DNA of 64,000 bases from a virus (IMGVR_UViG_2974603165_000001:2589-66588), one strand, 5' to 3'. Positions 8,455 to 18,682 are shown, counted from the stretch's first letter. A program made the numbers and translations. The notes: generated by a model not told the origin, from the sequence alone.

Positions 8455-9492
8455 TTGACTAAACCAATCAAATACCCAAGCACGAACCAGCTTCGTCAGG
8501 TAGTCCGCACCGTCAAGGAGGCTCTAACCTTCGACGGTCTGGACGAGGATAACAACATCAAGCGCAAGACGCCGGATAGTTGGATTGTCCCTTACTTCGG
8601 CACGGTGAAACTGCACGGTACTAACGGCTCAATCGTCTTCTACAGTGAAGATGAGATTGTCTACCAGTCAAAAGAGCGTACTCTGGAGATCGGACAGGAC
8701 AACCAGGGCTTCATGGCCCGTATGCTGCACATCGACCACAAGCGCCTGCTTGACCAAGTGAAGTACATCTGCGAGACCCGTGGTGTGCAATTCGCCTTCC
8801 CGGTCGAAGTAGCGGGTGAGTGGGCAGGCCGTGGCATCCAAAAGGGTGTGGCGATCAGTGAGGTTGACCCGTTCTTTGCAATCTTCCGCGTCGCGGTAGG
8901 TCGTGATGAGCATGAAAACCTGAAATGGTTACCGCCTGCGTTCCTGATGGGCTTGACAATGGCGGAAGAAGACCGTATCTTCAACATCCTCGACTTCGGT
9001 TTCTGGATGCTGGATATCGACTTCTCTCAGCCGGAGATGTTCACTAACGGCCTGATCGACGTGACGAACAAAGTCGAAGCGGAATGCCCAGCGGGTAAGA
9101 AGTTCGGCATCAGCGGTGTGGGTGAAGGCGTTGTCTGGTCTCCAATGAACCCGGCAATGGCCCAGAACTCTGGTTTCTGGTTCAAGGTGAAGGGTGAAAA
9201 GCACTCTGTATCCAAGGTGAAGACGTTAGCTGCGGTAGACCCGGAGCGTTTAGCGACCATCCAGGACTTCGTTGAATACGCTGCCACTGAGAACCGTCTC
9301 AAGCAGGGCATGGATGAAGTTGGCAAGGACATCACTAAGATCGGTGAGTTCCTTAGCTGGGTGAACCGTGACATCATCAAAGAGGAAGGCGATGTCCTGA
9401 AAGAAAGCAACCTGGTGATGAAAGATGTAGCCAAGTTCCTGTCTAATAAGGCTCGTGCCTGGTATCTCGCCAAGTTGAATGAGGGGCTGTAA
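8455..9492 (+). CDS. RNA ligase, Rnl2-like family
   Basis: nucleotidyltransferase motifs TVKLHGTN, GEWAG, GEGVVW, FKVK; TTG start inferred. Confidence 0.8.
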   Translation: MTKPIKYPSTNQLRQVVRTVKEALTFDGLDEDNNIKRKTPDSWIVPYFGTVKLHGTNGSIVFYSEDEIVYQSKERTLEIGQDNQGFMARMLHIDHKRLLDQVKYICETRGVQFAFPVEVAGEWAGRGIQKGVAISEVDPFFAIFRVAVGRDEHENLKWLPPAFLMGLTMAEEDRIFNILDFGFWMLDIDFSQPEMFTNGLIDVTNKVEAECPAGKKFGISGVGEGVVWSPMNPAMAQNSGFWFKVKGEKHSVSKVKTLAAVDPERLATIQDFVEYAATENRLKQGMDEVGKDITKIGEFLSWVNRDIIKEEGDVLKESNLVMKDVAKFLSNKARAWYLAKLNEGL

Positions 9493-9671
9493 TGGCCCTT
9501 ATCATCTCAACCTCACGCGGTGTCGGCAACAACGGGAAGAGCATCAAGGCTGAGTCTGAGACGCTCATTTACTTAAACGAAGAGGAGGGACGAAAATTTG
9601 TTCAAGAAAACAAAGGCTTGGTTCTCCACGTTCAAAAGGGGAAAGTTGTCGATGAACAACGTAACGATTAA
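9492..9671 (+). CDS. hypothetical protein (59 aa)
   Basis: manual ORF MALIISTSRG.. coupled by TAATG. Confidence 0.5.
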   Translation: MALIISTSRGVGNNGKSIKAESETLIYLNEEEGRKFVQENKGLVLHVQKGKVVDEQRND

Positions 9672-10005
9672 TGGTCAGGTGATCAGTGGCGATCTGGTTG
9701 CTGGCAAGACTATCAACGTCACTTCTGATGGTGACAAGATCATCATCAACGGTAAAACCGTGATGACCACCAGTGATAAGAATATCACTGTGGTTGTGAA
9801 TGGTGATGTCCGTGGTAGTGTGGAGACTGCATCCGGCGACGTTAACGTCTACGGTAATGTCATCAACGATGTGAAAACCATGTCGGGGAATGTCCACATT
9901 GAAAAAGAAACTGCCGGGAACGTAAAAACCATGTCTGGTGACGTGACAGCAGGTTCTATTGGTGGTAGTGTTAACACCATGTCGGGTAACATCCGTACTC
10001 GATAA
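9652..10005 (+). CDS. beta-repeat (DUF4097/adhesin-like) protein
   Basis: repeated (V)KTMSG(N/D)V units. Confidence 0.6.
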   Translation: MNNVTINGQVISGDLVAGKTINVTSDGDKIIINGKTVMTTSDKNITVVVNGDVRGSVETASGDVNVYGNVINDVKTMSGNVHIEKETAGNVKTMSGDVTAGSIGGSVNTMSGNIRTR

Positions 10006-10011
10006 GTATTG

Positions 10012-10032
10012 AAGCCCCTATTGCAGGGGCTT
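10012..10032 (+). terminator. hairpin, probable intrinsic terminator
   Basis: AAGCCCCT-ATTGC-AGGGGCTT followed by AT-rich run. Confidence 0.5.
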
Positions 10033-10052
10033 ATTAATTTGGGAGCAACAAC

Positions 10053-10577
10053 TTGAATAAGATCATCCTGGCAACCGCCTGTGCCATTTCTCTAACCACC
10101 GCCCCGGCTATGGCTACAGAAAGTGCAAAGAAGCCAAAGGTGTTACACGTCTGCAAGAAGACGGATACTGCGGTTAACATTTTGGCCTGCAACATCTACC
10201 GTGAGTCTCGTGGAGAGAGCGATTACGGCATGCTTGCTGTTGGTTTTGTAACCATCAATAGGAAAGACCATGAAAAATTCCCGGCAACGATAGGTAAGAT
10301 TGTCTATCAGGCAGGACAATTCTCTTGGACATCCCACGGTGGCACTTTCAAGGTGCATGAAAAAGAGACATGGGATAAGGCAAAAGACTTTGCTTCAACC
10401 CTGATCCAACTGCACAGCACAAATAAAATTGTGTACGACACCCTTGACATCACCAAGGGTTCGACTTATTATCACTCAAAGAAGGTTCGACCTTACTGGA
10501 CAAAAGTGATGACACGCACTGTCCGTATCGACAACCACATTTTCTACAAAGAGAAACCAACCCCACAAGGGGTTTAA
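10053..10577 (+). CDS. SleB-like cell wall hydrolase (Hydrolase_2) with signal peptide
   Basis: LACNIYRESRGE, AVGFVTINR, YQAGQFSW, GSTYYH, IDNHIFY; hydrophobic N-terminus ending PAMA. Confidence 0.9.
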   Translation: MNKIILATACAISLTTAPAMATESAKKPKVLHVCKKTDTAVNILACNIYRESRGESDYGMLAVGFVTINRKDHEKFPATIGKIVYQAGQFSWTSHGGTFKVHEKETWDKAKDFASTLIQLHSTNKIVYDTLDITKGSTYYHSKKVRPYWTKVMTRTVRIDNHIFYKEKPTPQGV

Positions 10578-10590
10578 CAAAGGAGCTATC

Positions 10591-10821
10591 ATGAAATATT
10601 TCCGCCCAACTTTACTGGTTCTGCTCAACCTGACTGTGTTCGTTATTATGTGGGTTCTGTTTGGCAATCTCGCCGAAGCGATGATCCACAAATACATGAA
10701 CGACACCATCATGCTGCCCCAAGCATTCGCTTTAGGCGCGGTGTCCTATCTTCTGTCTAACCTCATCGCGATTGGCATTGAAACCTTCGTTGAGTGGGTG
10801 GTGTGGGGGAAATCTGAATGA
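10591..10821 (+). CDS. membrane protein
   Basis: two hydrophobic helices. Confidence 0.65.
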   Translation: MKYFRPTLLVLLNLTVFVIMWVLFGNLAEAMIHKYMNDTIMLPQAFALGAVSYLLSNLIAIGIETFVEWVVWGKSE

Positions 10822-12800
10822 TCGTAAACCGCGAATACACGGAGGCTTCGGTCTCCGCTAACGTGGAGTCTTACGCCGGGGGCATCGCCCTCAATGCGGA
10901 GACTTTCCGCATTGTCATCTCAGGGATCTACAAAGACAAGCGTTTAGCTGCGGTTCGTGAGCCGCTGTTCAACGCATTTGACAGTCATATTGAGTCCAAA
11001 AAGACTGATGTGCCTATCGAGATCCACAGCCCTACCAACTTGGAGCCTTGGTTCTCTGTTCGTGACTTCGGTCTGGGCATGGATAAGGAGATGGTAACCA
11101 AAACCTTTATGATTTTGGGTGTCTCTACCAAGCGTAACAACAACGACGTAGTGGGCGCTAAAGGCATTGGATCGAAGGCTCCTTGGGCATACACTGATAT
11201 GTTCACGGTGACCTCTATCCATAACGGTCAGAAGACGGCTTACTCCGCCTATCTGCACAAAGGTTTGCCACGTATTGCGGTGCTGAATGAGTCGTCAACT
11301 ACAGAATGCAACGGCGTAGAGATCAAGTTCTCTGTCGAGCCTGCGGATGTTGACTCTTTCCGTACAGCGTTGAAGAGTTGTCTTCGTTATGTGAAGGCTC
11401 CGTATGAGATCAACGATCCTTACGTGCAACGCCTGATCCAAGATGAAGCCCCGGTCTGCTGGCACCGCCAGGAAGTAGATGGTTGGATTGTAGAGTTCTA
11501 CAACAAGCGCCCTGGTCACCAAAACGTTGTGATCATGGGACAGCAGCCCTACATCTCTGAGGCTCTGAAAGAGTATCCAGATTGCTCCGTAACGCTGCCT
11601 ATCGGCGCTTGTGATGTGTCACCGGGTCGTGAGTACACCGAAGAAGGTGATGAGGATGGGGGCTTCGGAGAGAAACTCTCTGCGGTGGTGAAGCAGGTTG
11701 CGGACAGTATTGGTGATGTGATCATCGCTGGTCTGGAAGAGACCAAGGATATCCGAGAGGCCAAAGTCTATCTCGACAGTAAGCCTAAAGGATACTTCCT
11801 CAGTTTCTACGGTTATAAATGGCTCCGTAAAAAGATGGAGTCCATTATTGGTCAGAATGCCGGGTATGCTACCAAGACCTCCTACCGTAAAGGTTATCGT
11901 GGTTGGAAGATTGACTACGATACAGGGTTGGGTGCTTGGGAGATGCTGATGGCTCCGGCAGTCCTTTTTGCTGACAAGAAGGCTTCCTTGAAGAGTCGAG
12001 CTGTGTTCCTGGCAGAAAAGCACAGTATGGACAGGATTCACGTTGTGCATGTTGATAGTTATGGCGCTGCACTGGCAGAAGATGATTACTTCAAGCCGTT
12101 ATTCGTGTATGCTACATCGTTCAACGCACCAAAACTGCCTACAGTTCGTGCATCCCGCAGCGGTAACATCCGTGTTTGCGTCTTTGAGCGTGACGGTGAT
12201 GGCTACCAGCAGTGGGTGAACAAGGATGCCTTGGCAGATGTGGAGCACTACATGGTCAAGACAGCCAAGAATCAGGGTGACTCCACCTGGTTGGGAGAAT
12301 GGAGCGGTGCTCGTTCTTACGTGAAGACCCAGTTTGACAATTTGGGTGTGGATGGTGATGAGATTTGGCTGGTGACCCCAGCGGCTCAGAAGTATCTCCC
12401 GCCGACAGCTAAGTTGGTGACCAAACAAACTTGGATTGAGAATACCAAGGAGAGCTACCACGAGTGGTTCATCAGGCACAACCTGATAAGCACGGTTGAG
12501 GTTAAGCGTAAAATGCGTAAACTGTTTGGTACTCGAACGTTGAACTACCGACCAGTGTACGATAGTTACCCTCATCGGCTTGGTAAGTACATGACAGCAG
12601 CCCACCTGCACGATGTATCTCGGGAAACTGAATTTGTGCAGGCGGTACGTGCTCGATACGAGAAACAACTGAAAAAGTTGAAGGATGAAGCAGAGAAACG
12701 CTATCCTTTGATTACCAAGGTTAGTTTCCGCCACTGGAATTCCCCGGATTTCAAAGAATACCGGGACTTAATTGACGCAAAGGAGAATAAGAATGGCTAA
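10818..12800 (+). CDS. rIIA: rIIA-like protein
   Basis: GHKL motifs (REPLFNAFDSH, VRDFGLG, STK..GAKGIGSKAP.AYTD.FTV); adjacent to rIIB. Confidence 0.9.
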   Translation: MIVNREYTEASVSANVESYAGGIALNAETFRIVISGIYKDKRLAAVREPLFNAFDSHIESKKTDVPIEIHSPTNLEPWFSVRDFGLGMDKEMVTKTFMILGVSTKRNNNDVVGAKGIGSKAPWAYTDMFTVTSIHNGQKTAYSAYLHKGLPRIAVLNESSTTECNGVEIKFSVEPADVDSFRTALKSCLRYVKAPYEINDPYVQRLIQDEAPVCWHRQEVDGWIVEFYNKRPGHQNVVIMGQQPYISEALKEYPDCSVTLPIGACDVSPGREYTEEGDEDGGFGEKLSAVVKQVADSIGDVIIAGLEETKDIREAKVYLDSKPKGYFLSFYGYKWLRKKMESIIGQNAGYATKTSYRKGYRGWKIDYDTGLGAWEMLMAPAVLFADKKASLKSRAVFLAEKHSMDRIHVVHVDSYGAALAEDDYFKPLFVYATSFNAPKLPTVRASRSGNIRVCVFERDGDGYQQWVNKDALADVEHYMVKTAKNQGDSTWLGEWSGARSYVKTQFDNLGVDGDEIWLVTPAAQKYLPPTAKLVTKQTWIENTKESYHEWFIRHNLISTVEVKRKMRKLFGTRTLNYRPVYDSYPHRLGKYMTAAHLHDVSRETEFVQAVRARYEKQLKKLKDEAEKRYPLITKVSFRHWNSPDFKEYRDLIDAKENKNG

Positions 12801-13968
12801 GAACCTCTTTTCCTCTCGCTCCGTAGCCCGTCGCTTTGCGGCGGAGCACGGTGGTAAGGTGAAAGATCGCGGGGCGTTCTTCGATAAAGAACGTTGGGCT
12901 GTGGAAGGTGCTGATGAAGCAGCACCAGAGACAACCATCCTGTCTCGCCAGAACAATATCGCATCACGCGGCGAAGCCCGTGAGATCGCCAAGAAACTGA
13001 ATGGCAAGGTGATCGATAATGCTCGTAACTGCGGTGACCACATCGTGCGTGACCTGGAGAAGAAAGGTCTCCGCTGGTCTGTTGAGTATGCTGAAAAGCT
13101 GCCAGTAGCCACGGAAGAAGACCGTGCGGTCTATCAGTCGATTGTAGATGACTACAAGGCTGAGACTGCACCGAAGGTAGAGGTGGCACCAGAGGCTGAT
13201 CCAATCGTCATCATGACGTTGAAGAACATCTCTGTCACCCTGCCAGACGGCAAGCAGTTGGTAATGTCTCGTGATCATGAGGATTTCAAGACTGTTGCTG
13301 CCCTGTTTGCTGATGGTGATGTTGACGCGGTTGTGGAACTCATGAACGTGGATAAAAAGCCTCGTGAGTGGTCGTTCGGTGAAGGCGACATCTGTGTTAT
13401 TGCTGGTACACTGTACCACTACGGCATGGAAGTTCCTCAGACCAATCTGGCTCGTCGTATCATCAACGACTGTGAAGCAGGTCAAGACCCGGTGAAGTTC
13501 GTGAACTTCTTCCGCAAGCTGATGAAGAACCCGTCGTTCCAATCTGTGAAGCATACTTATGACTTCTTGGAGCACAACGACCTGGAGATTCTGGAGAATG
13601 GTGACATTCGCGCCTGGAAGAAAGTTAACTCGGATGCTCGTGCCTATCGTGGTGTTCCTAACTACAAAGGTATGACCATCATGATGCCACGTAACCAGGT
13701 GGAAGATGACCCGAGCAAAACCTGTTCTCATGGCCTGCATGTAGCTGCGAAGCACTACTTCGGGCATGAATTCAAGAACGGTCTGCTGATCGAAGTGGCT
13801 GTTAGTCCTGCGGATATCGTTTCGGTTCCAACGGACTATAAAAACAGTAAGTGCCGCGCCTGCTCCTACACCGTCCTGACTGGACTGGAGCGCCCGGATG
13901 ACGTGCCACAAGTGCTGATCATCGACAAAGATGGTAACCGACTACAGGAGATCAAGACTGATGAGTGA
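12793..13968 (+). CDS. rIIB: rIIB-like protein
   Basis: FFRKLMKNPS, YDFL, G.IRAWK, MPRNQV.DDP..TCSHGLH, V.P.DIVSVP.DY..SK.R.C. Confidence 0.9.
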   Translation: MAKNLFSSRSVARRFAAEHGGKVKDRGAFFDKERWAVEGADEAAPETTILSRQNNIASRGEAREIAKKLNGKVIDNARNCGDHIVRDLEKKGLRWSVEYAEKLPVATEEDRAVYQSIVDDYKAETAPKVEVAPEADPIVIMTLKNISVTLPDGKQLVMSRDHEDFKTVAALFADGDVDAVVELMNVDKKPREWSFGEGDICVIAGTLYHYGMEVPQTNLARRIINDCEAGQDPVKFVNFFRKLMKNPSFQSVKHTYDFLEHNDLEILENGDIRAWKKVNSDARAYRGVPNYKGMTIMMPRNQVEDDPSKTCSHGLHVAAKHYFGHEFKNGLLIEVAVSPADIVSVPTDYKNSKCRACSYTVLTGLERPDDVPQVLIIDKDGNRLQEIKTDE

Positions 13969-15271
13969 TAGCTTCGGCGTAGGGACGGATGCTGCTGTTA
14001 AGGCAGTGTTAGGTGGTGATAATGTGTTTGTGACTGGCCCTGGTGGGACTGGCAAGACGCACACCATCAAGAAAATCCAAGCCCTCTACCCGGACTCAAC
14101 TCTGACAGTAGCCCCTACGGGGGTTGCTGCCTTAAACGTGGAGGGCATGACCGCCCACCGCGCTTTTGGGTTGAGCATGGGTGTATCTACCGATGAATGC
14201 GTGAGCGATATCAAGAAACGCCATGAGAAACTCATGAAGAGCCGTGATCTTGAGCGCATCATCATTGATGAAATCTCTATGATCCGTGCAGACAAACTGT
14301 GGGAGATCGACGAGAAACTCAAACTTGTCCGTAAGAATCCAAAACCGTTTGGTGGATTGCAGATGATCATGTTTGGGGACTTCTTCCAAAACCTTCCGGT
14401 GCTTACCAATGCAGAGGAAGATCTGTATCGCGGACTGTTCAACACTGAATTAAGCTGCTGGTCTGACACCTGGAAGAATGCCCAGATGTACCCTGTGTTG
14501 CTGGAGAAGATGTACCGCCAACAGAGTGATAACTTTGCACGTATGCTTAACTGTCTGCGTCGAGGTGAGCGCTTAGATGATGTGGTTGCCTACATCAATG
14601 ACAACTGCTACAAGCCGTTGAACAACCCGCAGGCGATTACACTGACCTCTACCAACGCTCAAGCGGAGCGGATCAACAAGAAATTCTTCGACGAGATCAA
14701 GAGTCCTGTAAAGGTCTTCAAGTCTAAAGTTGAAGGTGACTTCAAATCCCGCCCCGGCCCGGACGAGTTGGAACTGAAAGAAGGTTTGAAGGTGATGATC
14801 ACCGCTAACCAAATGTGTCAGCCCAACGAAGACCCGGCGTATGTCAATGGTTCAATCGGCTTCATCAAGAAGATGTTCACTACTTATGTGGTTGTGGAAC
14901 TCTTGGATGGAACCGTTGTTGATGTGGCAGAGAACATCTGGGAGAATGTGGAATACACCCCGGAGAAATACATTGACCCGGCAACAGGGAAGCAGAAGTC
15001 CAAGATCGGTAAGAAAGTTATCGGTCAGTTCGCTGCCCTTCCTCTCCGTGCTGCCTACGCTGTGACAATTCACAAAGCACAGGGCTTGACTTTGCCAGCG
15101 GTTAATATAGACTTCGGGTATGGAACCTTCTCACCGGGTATGGCTTATGTGGCCCTCAGTCGTGCAACTCACACTGGCGGACTACGGATGATCAAACCGT
15201 TGAAGAAGCGTGATATTATGGTTGACCCACGAGTCATCCAATTTTACAACCAGACCTTCCCAGGTAAATAA
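13961..15271 (+). CDS. Pif1/RecD-like SF1B helicase
   Basis: TGPGGTGKT, APTGVAA, IIDEISM, GDFFQ.LPV, AYAVTIHKAQG.T, YVALSR. Confidence 0.9.
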   Translation: MSDSFGVGTDAAVKAVLGGDNVFVTGPGGTGKTHTIKKIQALYPDSTLTVAPTGVAALNVEGMTAHRAFGLSMGVSTDECVSDIKKRHEKLMKSRDLERIIIDEISMIRADKLWEIDEKLKLVRKNPKPFGGLQMIMFGDFFQNLPVLTNAEEDLYRGLFNTELSCWSDTWKNAQMYPVLLEKMYRQQSDNFARMLNCLRRGERLDDVVAYINDNCYKPLNNPQAITLTSTNAQAERINKKFFDEIKSPVKVFKSKVEGDFKSRPGPDELELKEGLKVMITANQMCQPNEDPAYVNGSIGFIKKMFTTYVVVELLDGTVVDVAENIWENVEYTPEKYIDPATGKQKSKIGKKVIGQFAALPLRAAYAVTIHKAQGLTLPAVNIDFGYGTFSPGMAYVALSRATHTGGLRMIKPLKKRDIMVDPRVIQFYNQTFPGK

Positions 15272-15281
15272 GGAGAAAATC

Positions 15282-15737
15282 ATGGCTTCATTAGCTCGTC
15301 TTGAACTGGTCACCAAGTTCCGCAAGGAACTTGAAGACTTCAACGCTTTCAGTGCTCTTCGTGCAGAGAACAGCATGGACACAACCCATATCCAGATGGC
15401 GTCTTTAGACGAGATGATGTCAGCCTATGGTTATGTTCCTCGCCGCCTGGCGAAGTACCCGAAAATCACTGACGGTCGTTTCGGCTACAGTCTGGCATTC
15501 CCGGCTAAAGGCCGTCCTCTTCACCTCAGTTTGGAGGCGGCAGTTCAGTTGCACAACGGGAGTATGGTGCGCCCTCGCACCGTCTCTCGTAAGCAGATGG
15601 AAGAGAGTCCGGCAGTCTTTGCACGGAAGAACCGGATCGTGGAGACAGTCTCCATCCAGCGTAACAAGCGCTGGGGTAATGACGGTTCCGGCATCAAATC
15701 CCAAACCCGTTGGGTTAAGTTCCTGGAGGGAGAATGA
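15282..15737 (+). CDS. hypothetical protein
   Basis: ORF after AGGAG. Confidence 0.7.
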   Translation: MASLARLELVTKFRKELEDFNAFSALRAENSMDTTHIQMASLDEMMSAYGYVPRRLAKYPKITDGRFGYSLAFPAKGRPLHLSLEAAVQLHNGSMVRPRTVSRKQMEESPAVFARKNRIVETVSIQRNKRWGNDGSGIKSQTRWVKFLEGE

Positions 15738-16093
15738 TAGAACTTTCAGATCGTCCTGCGGACATGATGGTCAGGAAACTCCGTAAGGAGAGTCGTAACC
15801 CTGAACTATCCCCTGACCATGCACAATTGATGAATCGCGCTGCGGATATGGTCAATGCCCTTGATATCTTGAGTTACCAGTGTGTGGTTGCTTGCAAACG
15901 GATGGGGTTTGTGTATGATGATACAGTTCGAGAAAGTGAGTTCCATCAAGCCTTCTTCTGGTTGCAGGAGAAGGGTGCTGCTGCACATGAAGCCACCTTA
16001 GCGGACAGCAAGTATCAGATGGTGCTCGGTGTAGAGCAGCGCGTAAACGAATTGTATAAATTCTTCCAGGAGAACAAAAATGGACAAGGTTGA
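15734..16093 (+). CDS. hypothetical protein
   Basis: coupled ORF. Confidence 0.65.
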   Translation: MIELSDRPADMMVRKLRKESRNPELSPDHAQLMNRAADMVNALDILSYQCVVACKRMGFVYDDTVRESEFHQAFFWLQEKGAAAHEATLADSKYQMVLGVEQRVNELYKFFQENKNGQG

Positions 16094-16250
16094 AGACTTT
16101 AGCGATCTGAAATCCGTCAGTGATGAGAAACTTCTCAAGCTGCGAGATGTGGCGACAAGCAACGCTGCACGGCTGAACCAAGAAGCTGCGGACGCAATGT
16201 CTCGTCTGCGTGATATTTTGAACGAAATTGAGGAGAGAAAGAATGTTTAA
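16080..16250 (+). CDS. hypothetical coiled-coil protein (56 aa)
   Basis: manual ORF MDKVEDFS.. after AGGAG. Confidence 0.55.
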   Translation: MDKVEDFSDLKSVSDEKLLKLRDVATSNAARLNQEAADAMSRLRDILNEIEERKNV

Positions 16251-16527
16251 ATGGTTGATTTCATTCCTTTTTCCAACCAAGGAAGAAGTTGAGACGCCTG
16301 GTGTGTTGATTCATGACTTCACTGACCGTGTAGTCGGTCATGATATCGCGATGACGATCCGCCCAACTGACGGCACAGCCGATGCTCTGATTACCTCGCT
16401 GGAGAAGATCCAGGTGGGTGAGATCATTGCTGTTGTGGTTGGTGATGAACCGATGGACTTCTTCGTGAAGGAAGTCGAAGAGTTGGAACCGATGGTGTTC
16501 CGTGCCAAGCTGGAGACGGCCCAATGA
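16243..16527 (+). CDS. hypothetical protein
   Basis: ORF MFKWL.. after GAGGAG. Confidence 0.65.
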   Translation: MFKWLISFLFPTKEEVETPGVLIHDFTDRVVGHDIAMTIRPTDGTADALITSLEKIQVGEIIAVVVGDEPMDFFVKEVEELEPMVFRAKLETAQ

Positions 16528-16898
16528 TCACCATAGACGAATTCCGGGCTTTGCCAGCCGGAACCATCTTTTACGTTGCTGCACCCGGCAACTTGGCAAT
16601 TGAGTCCAACACCTTGTCGGAGGAGCGGTTCGTTAAGGTGATTGACAGCCCTAACGGTATCCATCTTCAACTAACTGGTGGTGGGATCTCTTACAAATAC
16701 GGTAAAGAAGGCAAGTCCTTCTTCCTGGACAAGGATGAGGCCATTGCTTTCATGGAAGAGCGTCATCTTGTTCGTTACAACAACAATGTGATGTACCATG
16801 CCACCCAGATTGAGAAGTTGAAGGCGGCGCTGGAGAAGTTACAAGCAGAAGGCCCAGGTGAGCCTAACTATAAATTCCATGCAAGGAGTGATGTATGA
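16524..16898 (+). CDS. hypothetical protein
   Basis: coupled ORF. Confidence 0.65.
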   Translation: MITIDEFRALPAGTIFYVAAPGNLAIESNTLSEERFVKVIDSPNGIHLQLTGGGISYKYGKEGKSFFLDKDEAIAFMEERHLVRYNNNVMYHATQIEKLKAALEKLQAEGPGEPNYKFHARSDV

Positions 16899-17173
16899 GT
16901 CAACGCGTTGAACTGGACTTTGCCTATGACCATGCTGAGGCAGGTTCGGTAACCGTAGAAGCTCTGTACACCGTGCAGGCTCCTGATCGTTCATCAAGGG
17001 ATAGCGACTGGGATTACAACGGCTTCCAGGATTTGGAATATTATGCTGTATTCCAAAATGGCAAGCAGATCTACGTTGACATTCCCGATGATGTTCTGTA
17101 CCATGAACTTCGAAACAAACTCCGAAATGTAGAAATTTCGGGCTGTTATTCTCAAGAGAGAGGAGAAATTTAA
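16895..17173 (+). CDS. hypothetical protein
   Basis: coupled ORF, AGGAG RBS. Confidence 0.65.
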   Translation: MSQRVELDFAYDHAEAGSVTVEALYTVQAPDRSSRDSDWDYNGFQDLEYYAVFQNGKQIYVDIPDDVLYHELRNKLRNVEISGCYSQERGEI

Positions 17174-17178
17174 AAATC

Positions 17179-17448
17179 ATGAAGAACATTGTGAAAATCG
17201 TCGATTTCAACCGTCGCTCAATGAAGCGTGAAGATGCAGAGAAACAACTTGCTGATCTGCTGGACGAAGGTTACTCCATTGCGGCTGCAACTGACAATGG
17301 GGATTTTAGCTCTTACACTCTTGTCATGCGTCAAGTTGATCTGACGTTCGCGGTGGATGAGCACATCCCTGCGGTAGACCTCTTGGCAGGTCAGATCCAC
17401 ACCGGGTCTCCGATTGCACCACGCTCAACTACAACGAGCGTACACTGA
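17179..17448 (+). CDS. hypothetical protein
   Basis: ORF after GAGGAG. Confidence 0.65.
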   Translation: MKNIVKIVDFNRRSMKREDAEKQLADLLDEGYSIAAATDNGDFSSYTLVMRQVDLTFAVDEHIPAVDLLAGQIHTGSPIAPRSTTTSVH

Positions 17449-17828
17449 TGTTTAAGGACTACCCGGCACAGCCGGGTGTGTCTTTAGACACCATCCCAGC
17501 AATCTGCGTGAAAACATGGGACAACATCCGTGTTCAGCGTAAGATTGTTTGTGCAGCGAATGTGTTCCGTCTGATCAACGATGAGAAGATTGTGATCCCT
17601 GCCTCGCGCCACTACAGCAAGATCATGGGTGGGTTGGCTAAGATGCTTAAAGAGAAAGGTATCATCCAAACCAACATTGTTGCAGGCGATAACCAAGGCT
17701 TCATCGATCAGTTTGATGACTATCATACTCGTGAAGACGCCTTTATCATTGCACAACACTCAGGTCAGCCGTTCGATGCAGAACGCAACGGACATAACCG
17801 TGAACTTTTCAGCGAGGGACTATACTGA
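17448..17828 (+). CDS. conserved phage hypothetical protein
   Basis: IVCAAN..RH, QGFIDQF..YHTREDA..IA, LFSE.LY pattern. Confidence 0.75.
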   Translation: MFKDYPAQPGVSLDTIPAICVKTWDNIRVQRKIVCAANVFRLINDEKIVIPASRHYSKIMGGLAKMLKEKGIIQTNIVAGDNQGFIDQFDDYHTREDAFIIAQHSGQPFDAERNGHNRELFSEGLY

Positions 17829-17977
17829 TGATCATTTTCCATTCTGCTCTTGCCGCACTTTGTATGTTGGGGACATACATGAACATCAAAACCAATCCAG
17901 CCTTGGCCGGGTTGACGGCGGTGTGTGTTGGTATCAACATTGGCATGATTATCGGCTATGCCTCGGGGGTAATGTGA
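17828..17977 (+). CDS. small membrane protein
   Basis: manual ORF, hydrophobic, TGATG coupling. Confidence 0.55.
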   Translation: MIIFHSALAALCMLGTYMNIKTNPALAGLTAVCVGINIGMIIGYASGVM

Positions 17978-18138
17978 TGATTCTGACAATCCTCAACACT
18001 GTCTGCATCTTTGTGAGTTGCTACTTTGCGTATAAGGCTTACGTCTGGGGCCAGCACGGTGCGATCATCGCACTGAACATTGCAGCCGCCGTACTGAACT
18101 TGGTGGTTGTCTTGGCCCGTACCGGGGTGATTGGATGA
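17977..18138 (+). CDS. small membrane protein
   Basis: hydrophobic, TGATG coupling. Confidence 0.55.
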   Translation: MILTILNTVCIFVSCYFAYKAYVWGQHGAIIALNIAAAVLNLVVVLARTGVIG

Positions 18139-18314
18139 ATCGCGGCAAGGTACGTATCGTAGCAGCGCCTCGCGCTGTTCCAAAGGTTGTTGTAGGGGAA
18201 ACCTATGACGTAATCGTTCGCGGCGGTAAGGAGTTCATCTTGGACGGCTATGGAGGCTATGTGCCATTAGCTGCCGTGAAGGAATGTGAGATCACACTGG
18301 AGAATCTGCAATGA
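18135..18314 (+). CDS. hypothetical protein (59 aa)
   Basis: manual ORF, ATGA coupling on both sides. Confidence 0.55.
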   Translation: MNRGKVRIVAAPRAVPKVVVGETYDVIVRGGKEFILDGYGGYVPLAAVKECEITLENLQ

Positions 18315-18682
18315 GCACATTGACCGAAGTGGATATTGCTACAATCCAAAAGGCTTGGGATCATCTCGCTCTCTGCCAGCAACGCGGTGAAGACGTGGTT
18401 AAACGCCTGAAAGAGCAGACGGTCACGATTAAGCGCTGGTTCATCTTCGAGAAGACAATCTCTAAATGGGACTTCTACGTGAGTAACTCAGTGTCTTGGC
18501 ACAGCCCAGCCTTCTGTGCTGCCCGCGATGAAGTGATCACTGAAAGTGAGGCCCGTTGTGTTGATCTTCGTCGTCGCTGCTACGACTTCGACAACATCAT
18601 AAAGCAGGGGAAACGTGCTTTCCTTAACTCGTCGGACTTACGAGCGCTTTGCCACATTCTGGATACAAAATTGGAGGACTGA
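18311..18682 (+). CDS. hypothetical protein
   Basis: coupled ORF. Confidence 0.65.
   Translation: MSTLTEVDIATIQKAWDHLALCQQRGEDVVKRLKEQTVTIKRWFIFEKTISKWDFYVSNSVSWHSPAFCAARDEVITESEARCVDLRRRCYDFDNIIKQGKRAFLNSSDLRALCHILDTKLED

Noticed and set aside
12964-13911. 315-aa minus-strand ORF
   Set aside because: Antisense to rIIB; typical shadow ORF
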